Shown: positions 52,961-63,205, numbered from the stretch's first letter. The stretch is 64,000 bases of DNA from Bacteroidota bacterium (GCA_947496065.1 CANMBF010000001.1:70018-134017), one strand, 5' to 3'. Translations and numbers: made by a program. Notes: generated by a model not told the origin, from the sequence alone.

Positions 52961-53875
52961 ATGAAACTTACCATTGTGTCACCAGTATATAATGCAGAAT
53001 TAATGCTTAGGGAGTTGGTAACTAGGATTATTAAATCTAAACCAAATGATTTTGACAATTTAGAAATTCTGTTAGTTGATGATTTTAGTCCCGATAATTC
53101 ATGGCAAAAAATAGAAGAATTAGCTTTAGAATTCCCTGAAATTATAGGTATTAAGCTGAGTAGAAATTTTGGACAGCATTACGCAATCACCGCAGGACTT
53201 GACAACGCGACTGGCGCATGGATTGTGGTAATGGACTGTGATCTACAAGATCAGCCTGAAGAAATCAGTAAGCTGTATGAAAAATCGAAAGAAGGCTATG
53301 ATATAGTTTTGGCCAGTAGATTTAATAGGCAGGACTCCTTCTACAGAAGAACTGTCTCAAAATACTTTTATAAAGTGTTGGCCTATTTGACTGGAACGGA
53401 TCAGGATGCAACGATTGTAAATTTTGGTATATACAATGCAAAGGTCATTCAGTCAGTTTCAGGTATGCGAGAAAGCATAAGGTTCTTCCCTACGATGATT
53501 AAATGGGTGGGTTTTAAATCTGCAAAAGTTAATGTGGAACATTCAGACAGAAAGGAAGGAAAATCAAACTACAATCTGAAAAAAATGATGAATCTAGCGC
53601 TTGATATTATTTTAGCATTTAGCGATAAACCCTTGCGCCTAACAATAAAATTAGGATTATTGGTAGCATTTATTTCAATTTTGTTAGCTATTTTAACCTT
53701 AATCAAATGGTTAAATGGTGATATAACAGTTATTGGTTATGCAAGTTTGATTACTAGTATTTGGTTTTTGAGTGGATGTATTTTAATTACATTGGGGATA
53801 GTTGGATTATATGTAGGTAAAACATTTGAAGGAGTAAAAGGCAGACCCCTTTATATTATTGAAAAGAAAATATGA
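52961..53875 (+). CDS. GT2 polyprenol-phosphate glycosyltransferase (ArnC/GtrB-like)
   Basis: SPVYN, VDDFSPD, LSRNFGQH.A, MDCDLQD.PE, two C-terminal TM helices, RPLYII. Confidence 0.9.
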   Translation: MKLTIVSPVYNAELMLRELVTRIIKSKPNDFDNLEILLVDDFSPDNSWQKIEELALEFPEIIGIKLSRNFGQHYAITAGLDNATGAWIVVMDCDLQDQPEEISKLYEKSKEGYDIVLASRFNRQDSFYRRTVSKYFYKVLAYLTGTDQDATIVNFGIYNAKVIQSVSGMRESIRFFPTMIKWVGFKSAKVNVEHSDRKEGKSNYNLKKMMNLALDIILAFSDKPLRLTIKLGLLVAFISILLAILTLIKWLNGDITVIGYASLITSIWFLSGCILITLGIVGLYVGKTFEGVKGRPLYIIEKKI

Positions 53876-54549
53876 TAAAAAAATTACAATGGGATACAGA
53901 TTTTTTTGGTTATCCAGTTGGTCGTATAAATACGTCTGAAACTTTTTTTAAAAAAAATACTGTTGAACTTGATAATTTTAGGCTAGTTTATCTTTTTTCC
54001 GACAAAGTTCTCGAAATTACTGATTCAAATATTTTGGAGGTTGACATAAAAACTACGCTTGTTAAGCGTATTGAAAAAAATGAGTTATACCCTTTTCACG
54101 AATCTATTTCGGAATATTCTGGGGGCCAAGATACTAAAATGAAATCACTAGCGTTAGAAAGCGGTAAATATTCTAGATTTAAAACAGATAAGAATTTTAT
54201 TAATAATGAATTTATAAAATTGTATTCAAAGTGGATCGAAGATAGTATAACAAAGGTTATCGCGGACAAATTAATCGTCTTTAGTGAAAAGACTGATATT
54301 GAAGGATTTGTTACACTTAAATTTAATACTAATTATGCTGAGATTGGACTAATTGCAGTAGACGAAAATAGCAGAGGTAAAGGAATTGCACTTGCGTTAT
54401 TGAATGCTGCTTTTAAACTCACACAATCACAAGGGTTAAATAGTATCAGAATTGTAACACAATTTAACAATACTCCAGCGATGAAATTATATCATAAAGC
54501 GGGTTTAATAACGGAAAACAAACAATATGTTTATCATATTTGGAATTAA
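53872..54549 (+). CDS. WecD-like GNAT (dTDP-fucosamine) acetyltransferase
   Basis: LQWDTDFFG, SRFKTD, LYSKWI, IGLIAV...RGKGI, VTQ..N..A..LY. Confidence 0.82.
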   Translation: MIKKLQWDTDFFGYPVGRINTSETFFKKNTVELDNFRLVYLFSDKVLEITDSNILEVDIKTTLVKRIEKNELYPFHESISEYSGGQDTKMKSLALESGKYSRFKTDKNFINNEFIKLYSKWIEDSITKVIADKLIVFSEKTDIEGFVTLKFNTNYAEIGLIAVDENSRGKGIALALLNAAFKLTQSQGLNSIRIVTQFNNTPAMKLYHKAGLITENKQYVYHIWN

Positions 54550-54568
54550 TAAATTTTTTTTAAAAATG

Positions 54569-54847
54569 ATGCTTGTCGAATTTATTCAAGTGCGGCTAGG
54601 TATGGCAGTTATGCTTTGTAAATGTTAATTCCCTTTCTACTGGTTAATAAATCCAATTGGTTGCCTCATTCCATAAGTATTTTAGGCTTATATTGCCATT
54701 TTATTGTTTATCGAAAAATAAAACAACATTCAATATTTTCCAATGAAAAAAATATCTGCGTATTCTCCAACCTACATTTCTGAAATAGAAAAATTTAAAT
54801 TGATTGATAAAGAAACAGCAGAAAGGGTTTTAATTATAAACGTTTAA
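54569..54847 (+). pseudogene. Decayed partial paralog of the 50996..52903 membrane-protein gene
   Basis: Aligns by eye to 52245-52476 (shared TTAATTCCCTTTCTACTGGTTA and CCAATGAAAAAAATATCTGC), then jumps to the gene's C-terminal part (IDKETAE vs IDKVTGE). Confidence 0.85.
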
Positions 54848-54850
54848 AGC

Positions 54851-56065
54851 GTGAAATCAAAAAATAAAATTTATTTATTCTGTCAATATTTTCCATTTTT
54901 GGGTGGGGAGCAATTTTTATTCAATGAAGTTGAATATTACCCCATAGATTCAAAAGTTATGGTTTTTATAGACCATAAAAATGAAGGCGAAAAAGCATTA
55001 TTATCTGGTAATTTTGAAATAATCAATGAGAACTATCTTAGTAAATCATCGGTAAGTCAGATATTTAAAAATTACTGGAGTTTAATATTTGAAATATTTA
55101 TATATGAAATCATTACTTCGCCACATAGATTTAAATATTTACAAAATTTTAAAACACATTTACTTCTCTTAGTTGGTTATCTTCAAAAAGCGGAGATAAT
55201 TGAAAAATATTTACCAGAATCTAATGATGGTGTAATATTATATAGTTATTGGTTTGATGAATGGGCAACCATTTTGAATTTAGTTAAAGGAATAAGCAGA
55301 AAGAAAATTAAGGTTATTTGTAGGGTGCATGCGTATGATTTTGATGAGGCGCAAGTAGTTTCAGGTTATCATCCATTTAGAAGTTTTAATTTAAAAGGAA
55401 TTGATAAAGTGTATTCAATTTCCTTCTTTGGTAAAAAATACATAGAAAAGCGCTACAGGCATAAAAAAATTGAGGTTGAAAAGCTAGGTGTTAGTGATAA
55501 GGGCATCAATCCTCTAATAATGGACGAGGCAGTGACCATAGTTTCATGTAGTTCACTTATCACCCTAAAAAGGGTTGATCTAATCATTAAGCTTCTCAAG
55601 GAAACTAAGCAAAAGGTTACCTGGGTGCACTTTGGTAATGGACCACTTGAACAAGCAATTTTAGAGGAAGCCAAATCCTTACCCCAAAACATAACTTTTG
55701 ATTACAAAGGCTTTGTTAAAAATGAAGAGATTATGGAATTCTATAAGTCAAATACAGTAAATTTATTTATTAATACAAGTGAATTAGAAGGAATTCCGGT
55801 GTCAATGATGGAAGCAATTAGTTTTGGTATTCCCATTATTGGCTGTAATATCTGCGGTGTGCCTGAAATAGTAAATTCAAAGACAGGTTTATTAATAGAA
55901 AAAGATTTTGATATCAAGGATACAGCTTTTAGAATAGAAGAATTTATGCATTCAAAGTGTAGGGACAAAGACTATCGAAATGGCGTTAAATTCTTTTGGG
56001 ATCAAAATTACAATGCCGATAAAATTTACCCTCAATTTATTAAAAATCATCTCCTAACAAAATAA
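54851..56065 (+). CDS. GT4-family glycosyltransferase
   Basis: FPFLGGEQF, YSYW, RVHAYD, LKRVD, EGIPVSMMEA (EX7E). Confidence 0.88.
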   Translation: MKSKNKIYLFCQYFPFLGGEQFLFNEVEYYPIDSKVMVFIDHKNEGEKALLSGNFEIINENYLSKSSVSQIFKNYWSLIFEIFIYEIITSPHRFKYLQNFKTHLLLLVGYLQKAEIIEKYLPESNDGVILYSYWFDEWATILNLVKGISRKKIKVICRVHAYDFDEAQVVSGYHPFRSFNLKGIDKVYSISFFGKKYIEKRYRHKKIEVEKLGVSDKGINPLIMDEAVTIVSCSSLITLKRVDLIIKLLKETKQKVTWVHFGNGPLEQAILEEAKSLPQNITFDYKGFVKNEEIMEFYKSNTVNLFINTSELEGIPVSMMEAISFGIPIIGCNICGVPEIVNSKTGLLIEKDFDIKDTAFRIEEFMHSKCRDKDYRNGVKFFWDQNYNADKIYPQFIKNHLLTK

Positions 56066-57942
56066 TGTGCGGTATAGCTGGTTTATATAATTTTAACAAG
56101 GAAGTACAGAGCATAGAGGTACTCAAAGCCTTTACGGACGCTATGGTGCACAGGGGCCCAGATGGCAGTGGTTACGATTTACTGAACAATGAGAGAGTAG
56201 GTTTAGGGCATCGGAGATTGTCTATTTTAGATTTGACAGAAGCAGGGCATCAGCCTTTTTATTACATGGAGAGGTATTGCATGGTGTACAATGGCGAAAT
56301 ATTCAATTTTAACGCTATTAAAAGCGATTTAATAAGTAAGGGGTATACCTTTAGGTCGGAGACTGATACAGAGGTTGTGTTGGCGGCTTATGACTATTTT
56401 GGCTTAGCTTGTTTCGAACAGTTTAATGGGATGTGGGCTTTGGCTATTTGGGATGATCATAAAAAACAAATGATACTCGCTCGCGATCGATTTGGCGTCA
56501 AACCACTCTACTATTCAAAATTCAATCAAACGTTTGCTTTCGCATCCGAAACACGTGCCTTTAAATATTTAAAAGGGTTTAATCGACAAATAGATGAAAT
56601 GAATTATGAAATAACCATCCAAAACAATTATGCTTTAGAAGGATTGGGTTATACTATTTTCAAAGATATATTTCAAGTTTTACCTGGCCATTATTTAGTG
56701 ATAGATGATCAGTCAACCATTCAACAAAAAAGATGGTATGATATTCGCGAAAAGTTGAGACCTGTACCCTCAGATTATAAAAAACAAAGTTCAGAATTTT
56801 ATGAGTTGTTCAAAGATGCTTGTAGAATAAGATTAGTAAGCGATGTAAAAGTGGCTACGGCATTGAGTGGTGGACTAGATTCAAGCAGCATTTACAGCAC
56901 TGTTTTCGAAATCTTAAATACAGAAGCTAACGAACGTACTAACAAGGATTCTCAATTAGCCGTTTCAGCTATTTTTCCAGGGCTCGAAAGCGATGAACGC
57001 GCCTACGTTGAAAAGGCCATCGACTACACAAAAGGAAAAATAGAATGGGTGACTACCAATACCGCTAATTTAAGTGAAGATATAGAACATGATACCGAAT
57101 TATTTGATGGTATTTCGAACGCACCCATAACAGCCATTTCGGCCATCTACAAAGGCATGAGAAATGCTGGTATAACAGTATCATTAGATGGGCATGGGGT
57201 TGATGAAATGCTGTATGGCTATCTCTACATGGTCTATGATTTATGGCTTGAGGCGCTGAGAGAACAAAATGCCAATGAAGCACAAGCGCATGCAACAACC
57301 TTAGCGGGTTTGTACTATCCAGCCTATCAAACGGCAAAGAAAAACGAATTACTAAGCATCAATAAGCAATCGATTACTACCATCAATAAAATAAAATTGG
57401 GTGTTAAAAAAATGCTTCAAAAATCCACTACAGATTCAAAGCTTTATCAACCCATAGCTTTACCTTCCTTGAGTGATAAACCCTACGATTTCTCTGATTG
57501 CAAGACAAAGGAACGCATATTATTTTATGAATTTTTTCAAAATTCCTTACCAGCTTTGTTAAGAAATTTTGATAGGGCAGGTATGATGAACAGTGTTGAA
57601 ATTAGAATGCCATTTTTAGATTATAGGGTTGTTGAGTATATTTTTTCATTGCCTTTTGAAAGTAAAATAGGCCATGGATTTACAAAGCGTATTCTACGAG
57701 AGGCCATGTCTAATAAAATGAATGAAGAAGTTCGGACCAGAACATTTAAAGTGGGTATTGCAAGTCCATTTGAATTTTGGGCACAGAATTATTTGAAAGA
57801 ATGGTTTGAATCAATGATTTTAAAATTGGATATAGATGAACAAGCAAAATTCTCGGAATTATTAAATCAATACTTAATTAACAAAGATAAAAACCTTTTG
57901 GAGAAGTTATGGCATAGGTTGAATTTAGAACTGATTAAATGA
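56065..57942 (+). CDS. asnB: Asparagine-synthase-like glutamine amidotransferase (likely glycan amidation, WbpS-like)
   Basis: MCGIAG, HRGPD, NGEIFN, RDRFGVKPLY, LSGGLDSS, R.PFLD; located inside the polysaccharide operon. Confidence 0.88.
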   Translation: MCGIAGLYNFNKEVQSIEVLKAFTDAMVHRGPDGSGYDLLNNERVGLGHRRLSILDLTEAGHQPFYYMERYCMVYNGEIFNFNAIKSDLISKGYTFRSETDTEVVLAAYDYFGLACFEQFNGMWALAIWDDHKKQMILARDRFGVKPLYYSKFNQTFAFASETRAFKYLKGFNRQIDEMNYEITIQNNYALEGLGYTIFKDIFQVLPGHYLVIDDQSTIQQKRWYDIREKLRPVPSDYKKQSSEFYELFKDACRIRLVSDVKVATALSGGLDSSSIYSTVFEILNTEANERTNKDSQLAVSAIFPGLESDERAYVEKAIDYTKGKIEWVTTNTANLSEDIEHDTELFDGISNAPITAISAIYKGMRNAGITVSLDGHGVDEMLYGYLYMVYDLWLEALREQNANEAQAHATTLAGLYYPAYQTAKKNELLSINKQSITTINKIKLGVKKMLQKSTTDSKLYQPIALPSLSDKPYDFSDCKTKERILFYEFFQNSLPALLRNFDRAGMMNSVEIRMPFLDYRVVEYIFSLPFESKIGHGFTKRILREAMSNKMNEEVRTRTFKVGIASPFEFWAQNYLKEWFESMILKLDIDEQAKFSELLNQYLINKDKNLLEKLWHRLNLELIK

Positions 57943-59135
57943 TTAAATTAAAACTTTGTTATATATTTTTATCTGCAGGATTAAAAAGTGATTCAGTCCA
58001 GAAAAAAGTTATTTCTCAAATTAAAGGTTTAAATGACTCAGGAGTTGAATGCCGAGGTTTTTTTTTAACTAATGATGTCAAAGAAGAGACTGTGTTTGAT
58101 AAAAATATAATTTTAATTCCCTATCCAACTACACAAAAACGTTTCTTAAATATAATTTTTCAAAAAAAGATGTTACTTAATTTTGTGAAGAATTATTTAA
58201 CACAAAACTTAAAAACGGATGAATATATTTATTTGAGATACCCAGGCGTTTCATATGAACTTTATAAACTTGCAAAAAAATTCAAAAATAAAATTATCTC
58301 AGAGCATCAATCTAAAGAAATTGATGAGATTAAAAGTTTAAGAAATGAACATCCAATTTCTATAAATATTAGTAAGCTAATAAGTTATTTTCTTTATCAA
58401 TTATGGCCAATTTATAATGAAATTATTTGGTCCAAACCCTATTCAAAGAGGCTCCTTGCAAAAGTAGCAGTGACAAGTGAAATAGCAATATATCATAAGC
58501 GATTTTGTAAGAATGTTTGGGTTGTACCAAACGGAATTGAAACAGATAATTACAAGTTAAGGATACCACCAAAATTAGAGAAGAAAATAAAAATAATATT
58601 TCTTAAAGGCACTTCTGGACATGCGCCATGGAACGGATTAGATAGATTAATTAATAGCATTGATAATTATTTTCATAGAGATAATTTAGATTTAATCATT
58701 TGTGGAAGCATAATAGAAGGTGAAATACCTTTTCGTGACTATATTGCACTAACGGGCTATCTCAATTCAGAAGAATTAGATCGTTTAATTTCTAGTGTTC
58801 ATTTTGGATTCTCCACACTTTGCCTATTCAGAAAGCACCTTAATGAAGCTGCAGTATTGAAGGCGAGAGAGTATTTTGCACGAGGCATACCATTTGTTTA
58901 TGGTTATACTGACCCTGATTTGGAAAATTTAAAAAGTGCAAAAAAGTATTCCTTTAAAGTGAGCAATGATGATACCCTTATAAATTTTGATGAGGTAATA
59001 AATTTTGTCAAAAATGTGTATACCGATCCATTATATGCTACAAAAATGAGAACCATAGCAATAGAAAACTTGGATTGGAAAGCAAAAATGAATCAACTTA
59101 AAATCAACATAATTCAACAAATTAATAATGCTTAA
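57939..59135 (+). CDS. GT4-like glycosyltransferase
   Basis: VQKKVISQ, YLRY, VPNGI, WNGLDRL, LKAREYFARGIPF. Confidence 0.8.
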   Translation: MIKLKLCYIFLSAGLKSDSVQKKVISQIKGLNDSGVECRGFFLTNDVKEETVFDKNIILIPYPTTQKRFLNIIFQKKMLLNFVKNYLTQNLKTDEYIYLRYPGVSYELYKLAKKFKNKIISEHQSKEIDEIKSLRNEHPISINISKLISYFLYQLWPIYNEIIWSKPYSKRLLAKVAVTSEIAIYHKRFCKNVWVVPNGIETDNYKLRIPPKLEKKIKIIFLKGTSGHAPWNGLDRLINSIDNYFHRDNLDLIICGSIIEGEIPFRDYIALTGYLNSEELDRLISSVHFGFSTLCLFRKHLNEAAVLKAREYFARGIPFVYGYTDPDLENLKSAKKYSFKVSNDDTLINFDEVINFVKNVYTDPLYATKMRTIAIENLDWKAKMNQLKINIIQQINNA

Positions 59136-60690
59136 ATATTTTAAACTTGATTTACTTTTTTTGCTTGGTTTAACCATTACAGCAGGTGTAATTAATTTGC
59201 AATTATTAGACAACTCAAATATTAATTTTGCTTTAACGGGGCATGATGAATATTTAACAGTAAGAGAGGTCTATTCAATTTTAAATCCGCTGTCATGGAA
59301 ACATTTCTTGATGGCCATTATTTCGGGCGATGTGCTCTATTACGGAAGAATTATGTTTTATACCGATGCCCTATTTGCATGGATTCCGTATAAAATGTTT
59401 GGAATAACAGGTTTAGTTTATAGTATCAGGATGCTTCATACCTTAATGGTCATTGCTGGACTTGTATTACTCGGTCGAACCTATTTAAAAGATTGGAAGT
59501 ACCGATTGTTGTTTTATGTGGCCACAGCGACCCTTTATTATACGGCCTATTTCTTTATGGTTCCAAAGCCTGAGCCTATTCAGTTATTAACTTTAGCATT
59601 GTTTTTTTATTTCTTTAAGAAGAATAACTATCAATTTGGAAAATACTTTATTCTGTTAGGCATTGCCTATGGTATAAAGTTTAATGTTCTAACCATCCTA
59701 CCAATTCTATTTATTATCCCCTTTTTATTTCAAACCATCAATCTTCAACTCATAAAGAAATGTGGAATAAGCATCGTTTATTTCTTTATCGGATTGATAA
59801 TAGCAGTGCCTTGTCTCTTATTAGCACCTGTAAAACCTATTTTTATCAAAAGTTATTTAAATGCCACTTTTGCCAATACCGGGCAATACGATGATGACAG
59901 CAGTGTCGGCATCATGGATTGGTTAAGTGATGGCTTTTTTGGGGCATACAATGGCGGATGGTTGTTTGGCGCATTGTTAATTGGGTTTGTTATGCTTGTT
60001 ATTTATTCCGGCACTAAAAGTTTGATAAAAAATAAATTAATGCCAACAGATTTACTTTTTTTGTGCATTGGCTTATTCCTCATTTTACCTGTCATTGTAT
60101 TCACTGGAAGACTTTGGCCCCATTATCTTTGGACAGGATACCTATTGTTGATTTTAGGTTGTATAATTTTTATTCAATCGGCTGATAGGTCTAAGTTATT
60201 ACACAAAATAAGTTTGTATGTTTTTTTAATAATAATTGCAGGTTCCGTTTATTGCTCGGGTCAACAAGAAAAAAAACTATTCTTTCTGAATACACAGACG
60301 AAAGAATTAAATACCAATGGCAAACAAGCCTATGACTACTTGAAGGGGATGCATGAAAATTTTATTGCCATCCAAGATCTTTCAGTTCCTTATCCTTTTA
60401 CTAATATGCTCGAAGTTGGCCGATACAATCCATTTGCAGCATTTAAACAGCCTCAAGTGGAACAGCAGTTTATTTGGTCGGGTTTTATAAGTCCCCAAAT
60501 TATTAACGAAAACCAAGCCGATTTCGTCATTACAAACAATATTAACTTTGCCGATACCCTTATTAATTTACAAACGAATAAAGACAAGCTGACCGTAAAT
60601 AATAATAAATTAATGCATTCGGAACTCGGTAAAACCATCAAAATGGATACCACTTTTGGTGAAATTAAAATATATAAAATTATAAAATAG
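59128..60690 (+). CDS. Polytopic membrane protein, ArnT-like GT-C candidate
   Basis: Acidic HDE motif after TM1, YYGR, PKPEP, many TM segments, soluble C-terminal domain. Confidence 0.65.
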   Translation: MLKYFKLDLLFLLGLTITAGVINLQLLDNSNINFALTGHDEYLTVREVYSILNPLSWKHFLMAIISGDVLYYGRIMFYTDALFAWIPYKMFGITGLVYSIRMLHTLMVIAGLVLLGRTYLKDWKYRLLFYVATATLYYTAYFFMVPKPEPIQLLTLALFFYFFKKNNYQFGKYFILLGIAYGIKFNVLTILPILFIIPFLFQTINLQLIKKCGISIVYFFIGLIIAVPCLLLAPVKPIFIKSYLNATFANTGQYDDDSSVGIMDWLSDGFFGAYNGGWLFGALLIGFVMLVIYSGTKSLIKNKLMPTDLLFLCIGLFLILPVIVFTGRLWPHYLWTGYLLLILGCIIFIQSADRSKLLHKISLYVFLIIIAGSVYCSGQQEKKLFFLNTQTKELNTNGKQAYDYLKGMHENFIAIQDLSVPYPFTNMLEVGRYNPFAAFKQPQVEQQFIWSGFISPQIINENQADFVITNNINFADTLINLQTNKDKLTVNNNKLMHSELGKTIKMDTTFGEIKIYKIIK

Positions 60691-60978
60691 AAGGTTCCCT
60701 ATAGAATACTAATATTGTTATCAGTTCAATTTAGGTTATCAATCCTTGTTCTATGTACCCAACGAAAGTTTTCCTTTAGATATTGCAAACACTCATTTAG
60801 ACGCATAATATGTTCGCAAAAACCATGGTTTTAAGACCTTTTTTTAAATCTCAAATGGAAATGGATGAAAAAACATTTTTTGATGGCCATGGGTTAAATC
60901 AATACAGGTATAATAAAATCAATAGCCATACAGGCAAAGCAAAAATTTTAAAAAAGTAAAAAGCATACAGTAAAAAAT

Positions 60979-62034
60979 ATGAGAAATTCAAAAATGGTTC
61001 AGTATTATTTTCTTGGAAGGGGCGCCATTAGCAACCTACAAGATTTACTGAATAACAAAAAGGCAGGTGTAAAAGACGCATTTGTAGTCATGGTCATCGA
61101 CCATTATTTTGAGCATAAAAATATCCTCGACTTATCTTATTTAAGTAGTGAAGATTTAATTATCTATGCCCAAACAGATGATGAACCAAAGACCTCTTAT
61201 GTTGATCAATTGGTTGACCTAGCGCGCTCAAAAGGCCGTTTGCCGGTAGCAATTGTAGGAATAGGTGGCGGCAGTGCAATGGACATCTCGAAAGCTATTT
61301 CTGTTTTATTAACGAATGAAGGACCCTCTGAAAATTATCAAGGATGGGATTTGGTAAAAAATCCTGCCATTTATAAAATTGGAATTCCAACCATTGCCGG
61401 CACTGGCGCAGAATTTACAAGAACTGCCGTATTAACTGGTCCAACCAAAAAGTTGGGGATCAATTCTGACCAAAGTGTTTTTGATCAAATCATATTGGAT
61501 GCGAATTTATTAACCACCGTTCCAAAAGAGCAGTTTCTATACACGGCCATGGATTGTTATGTCCACAATGCAGAATCTTTGTTAGGAAGAATCAATGATT
61601 CTATGACCATTGCTTTAGCAGAAAAGTCAACTAAAATGATAGAAGACATTTTTCTAGGAGAAATGGATTTAGAAAAGCTATTGGTTGCTTCTGGTATGGG
61701 TGGATTAGCGGTGGCTAACTCTGCCGTCGGCATTTGTCATCCACTTTCTTATGGATTAAGTATTGAATTAGGTTTAAGACACGGTTATGCCATTTGTATT
61801 GCCTTTAACCAACTCGAAGAATATTATCCGCAAGTTAAAACATTCAAAGAAATTTTAAAGAAGTATGAAATAGAACTTCCAAAAATTATTACAGAAGCTA
61901 TAACGGATGAACAGCTTGATAGAATGGCTGAAGCCACTTTGAAAAATGAAAATCCTTTATCAAATGCTTTTGGTCCAGATTGGAAAACTATTTTCTCAAA
62001 AGAAAAAGTAATTGCACTATTAAAAAAAATGTAA
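60979..62034 (+). CDS. kdnB: Iron-containing alcohol dehydrogenase, KdnB-like ulosonate terminal oxidase
   Basis: GRGA, GGGSAMD, YQGWDLVKNPA, PTIAGTGAE.TRTAVL.GP..KLG.NSD, MDCYVH, CH..SYGLS: motifs as I recall them for KdnB. Paired with a KdnA-like gene. Confidence 0.8.
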   Translation: MRNSKMVQYYFLGRGAISNLQDLLNNKKAGVKDAFVVMVIDHYFEHKNILDLSYLSSEDLIIYAQTDDEPKTSYVDQLVDLARSKGRLPVAIVGIGGGSAMDISKAISVLLTNEGPSENYQGWDLVKNPAIYKIGIPTIAGTGAEFTRTAVLTGPTKKLGINSDQSVFDQIILDANLLTTVPKEQFLYTAMDCYVHNAESLLGRINDSMTIALAEKSTKMIEDIFLGEMDLEKLLVASGMGGLAVANSAVGICHPLSYGLSIELGLRHGYAICIAFNQLEEYYPQVKTFKEILKKYEIELPKIITEAITDEQLDRMAEATLKNENPLSNAFGPDWKTIFSKEKVIALLKKM

Positions 62035-62038
62035 GCAT

Positions 62039-63205
62039 ATGCCAGGATATGAATTAATCGGAAAAGAAGAACAAGACCAGTTGATGGATATTTTTAACAC
62101 TAGCAATGGTGTTTTGTTTCCCCATGGTTTTGATGCCCTTAGAAACAACCGCTACAGGGTGCGTGAATTTGAAAAAAAATTCGCTGAGAAAACAGGTTCT
62201 AAATATGCACAAGCAGTCACTTCGGGCACTATAGCCCAAGTAGTAGCGATGCTAGCCATGGGTGTAAAACCAGGTGATGAGGTCATAACGCAAGCGTTCA
62301 CCTTTGTTGCAACCGTTGAAACCATTATTGCCATTGGCGCGATTCCTGTGATTGTTGATGTGGATGAAACCTATAACATGGATCCAATTGAACTTGAAAA
62401 GGCCATTACGCCTAAAACAAAATTAATTGTACCTGTGCACATGTTAGGCAATACTGCTGCGATGGATGAGATAATGGCCATTGCGCAAAAAAACAACATC
62501 GCGGTTTTGGAAGACAGTTGTGAAGCCCTAGGTGCGTCGTACAAAGGTCAGTTTGCTGGTACCGTTGGCCATGTAGGTGTTTACAGTCTCGATTTTGGTA
62601 AAACCATCACCACAGGTGAAGGTGGGATGATTGTAACCAATGACGAAAACATTTACAAGTTCTGTAAAGAATACCATGACCATGGTCATGAAAGCAATCC
62701 AGCGTTTCCAAGGGGTAGAGACACGAGAACCATGGCAGGGATGAATTACAGAATGAATGAGATGCAAGGTGCTGTTGGCATGGCCCAACTCGAAAAGTTA
62801 GAGACCATTGTGAATGCGAATAGAGCCAACAAAGCCTATTTAGTAAATAACATCCATTCAGAAAAAATTAAATACCGCGTTTTAACCGATGCAGATGGCG
62901 ATTTGAGTGATACACTTATTTTTAATTTTAAATTACAAGAGGAGGCCTTAAAATTCGTTGATTTGTACAAACAAGCAGGCTATGGCACCAAGAATATTCC
63001 GGATGCCATCGATTGGCATTTCGCTGGCACTTGGAACCACATGTTTAATGAAGTTCCTGCTTACAAGAATTCATGGAAAACGGAATGGCAAAAATCGGCT
63101 GATTTATTGTACCGTTCGGTTGCATTGCCTATCAATGTAAAGACCACACCTGAAGCCTTGGCGCAGCATGTAGATGCTATCAATAAAATTCTAGAACAGA
63201 TTTAA
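62039..63205 (+). CDS. kdnA: DegT-family aminotransferase, KdnA-like
   Basis: MPGYELIG.EE start, FTFVAT.E, SLDFGKTITTGEGG, YHDHGH, WHF..TW.H. Confidence 0.8.
   Translation: MPGYELIGKEEQDQLMDIFNTSNGVLFPHGFDALRNNRYRVREFEKKFAEKTGSKYAQAVTSGTIAQVVAMLAMGVKPGDEVITQAFTFVATVETIIAIGAIPVIVDVDETYNMDPIELEKAITPKTKLIVPVHMLGNTAAMDEIMAIAQKNNIAVLEDSCEALGASYKGQFAGTVGHVGVYSLDFGKTITTGEGGMIVTNDENIYKFCKEYHDHGHESNPAFPRGRDTRTMAGMNYRMNEMQGAVGMAQLEKLETIVNANRANKAYLVNNIHSEKIKYRVLTDADGDLSDTLIFNFKLQEEALKFVDLYKQAGYGTKNIPDAIDWHFAGTWNHMFNEVPAYKNSWKTEWQKSADLLYRSVALPINVKTTPEALAQHVDAINKILEQI

Noticed and set aside
53943..53957. T7A8 run in the WecD-like gene as a phase-variation tract
   Set aside because: The gene is in frame, and runs of this length are common in this AT-rich sequence.
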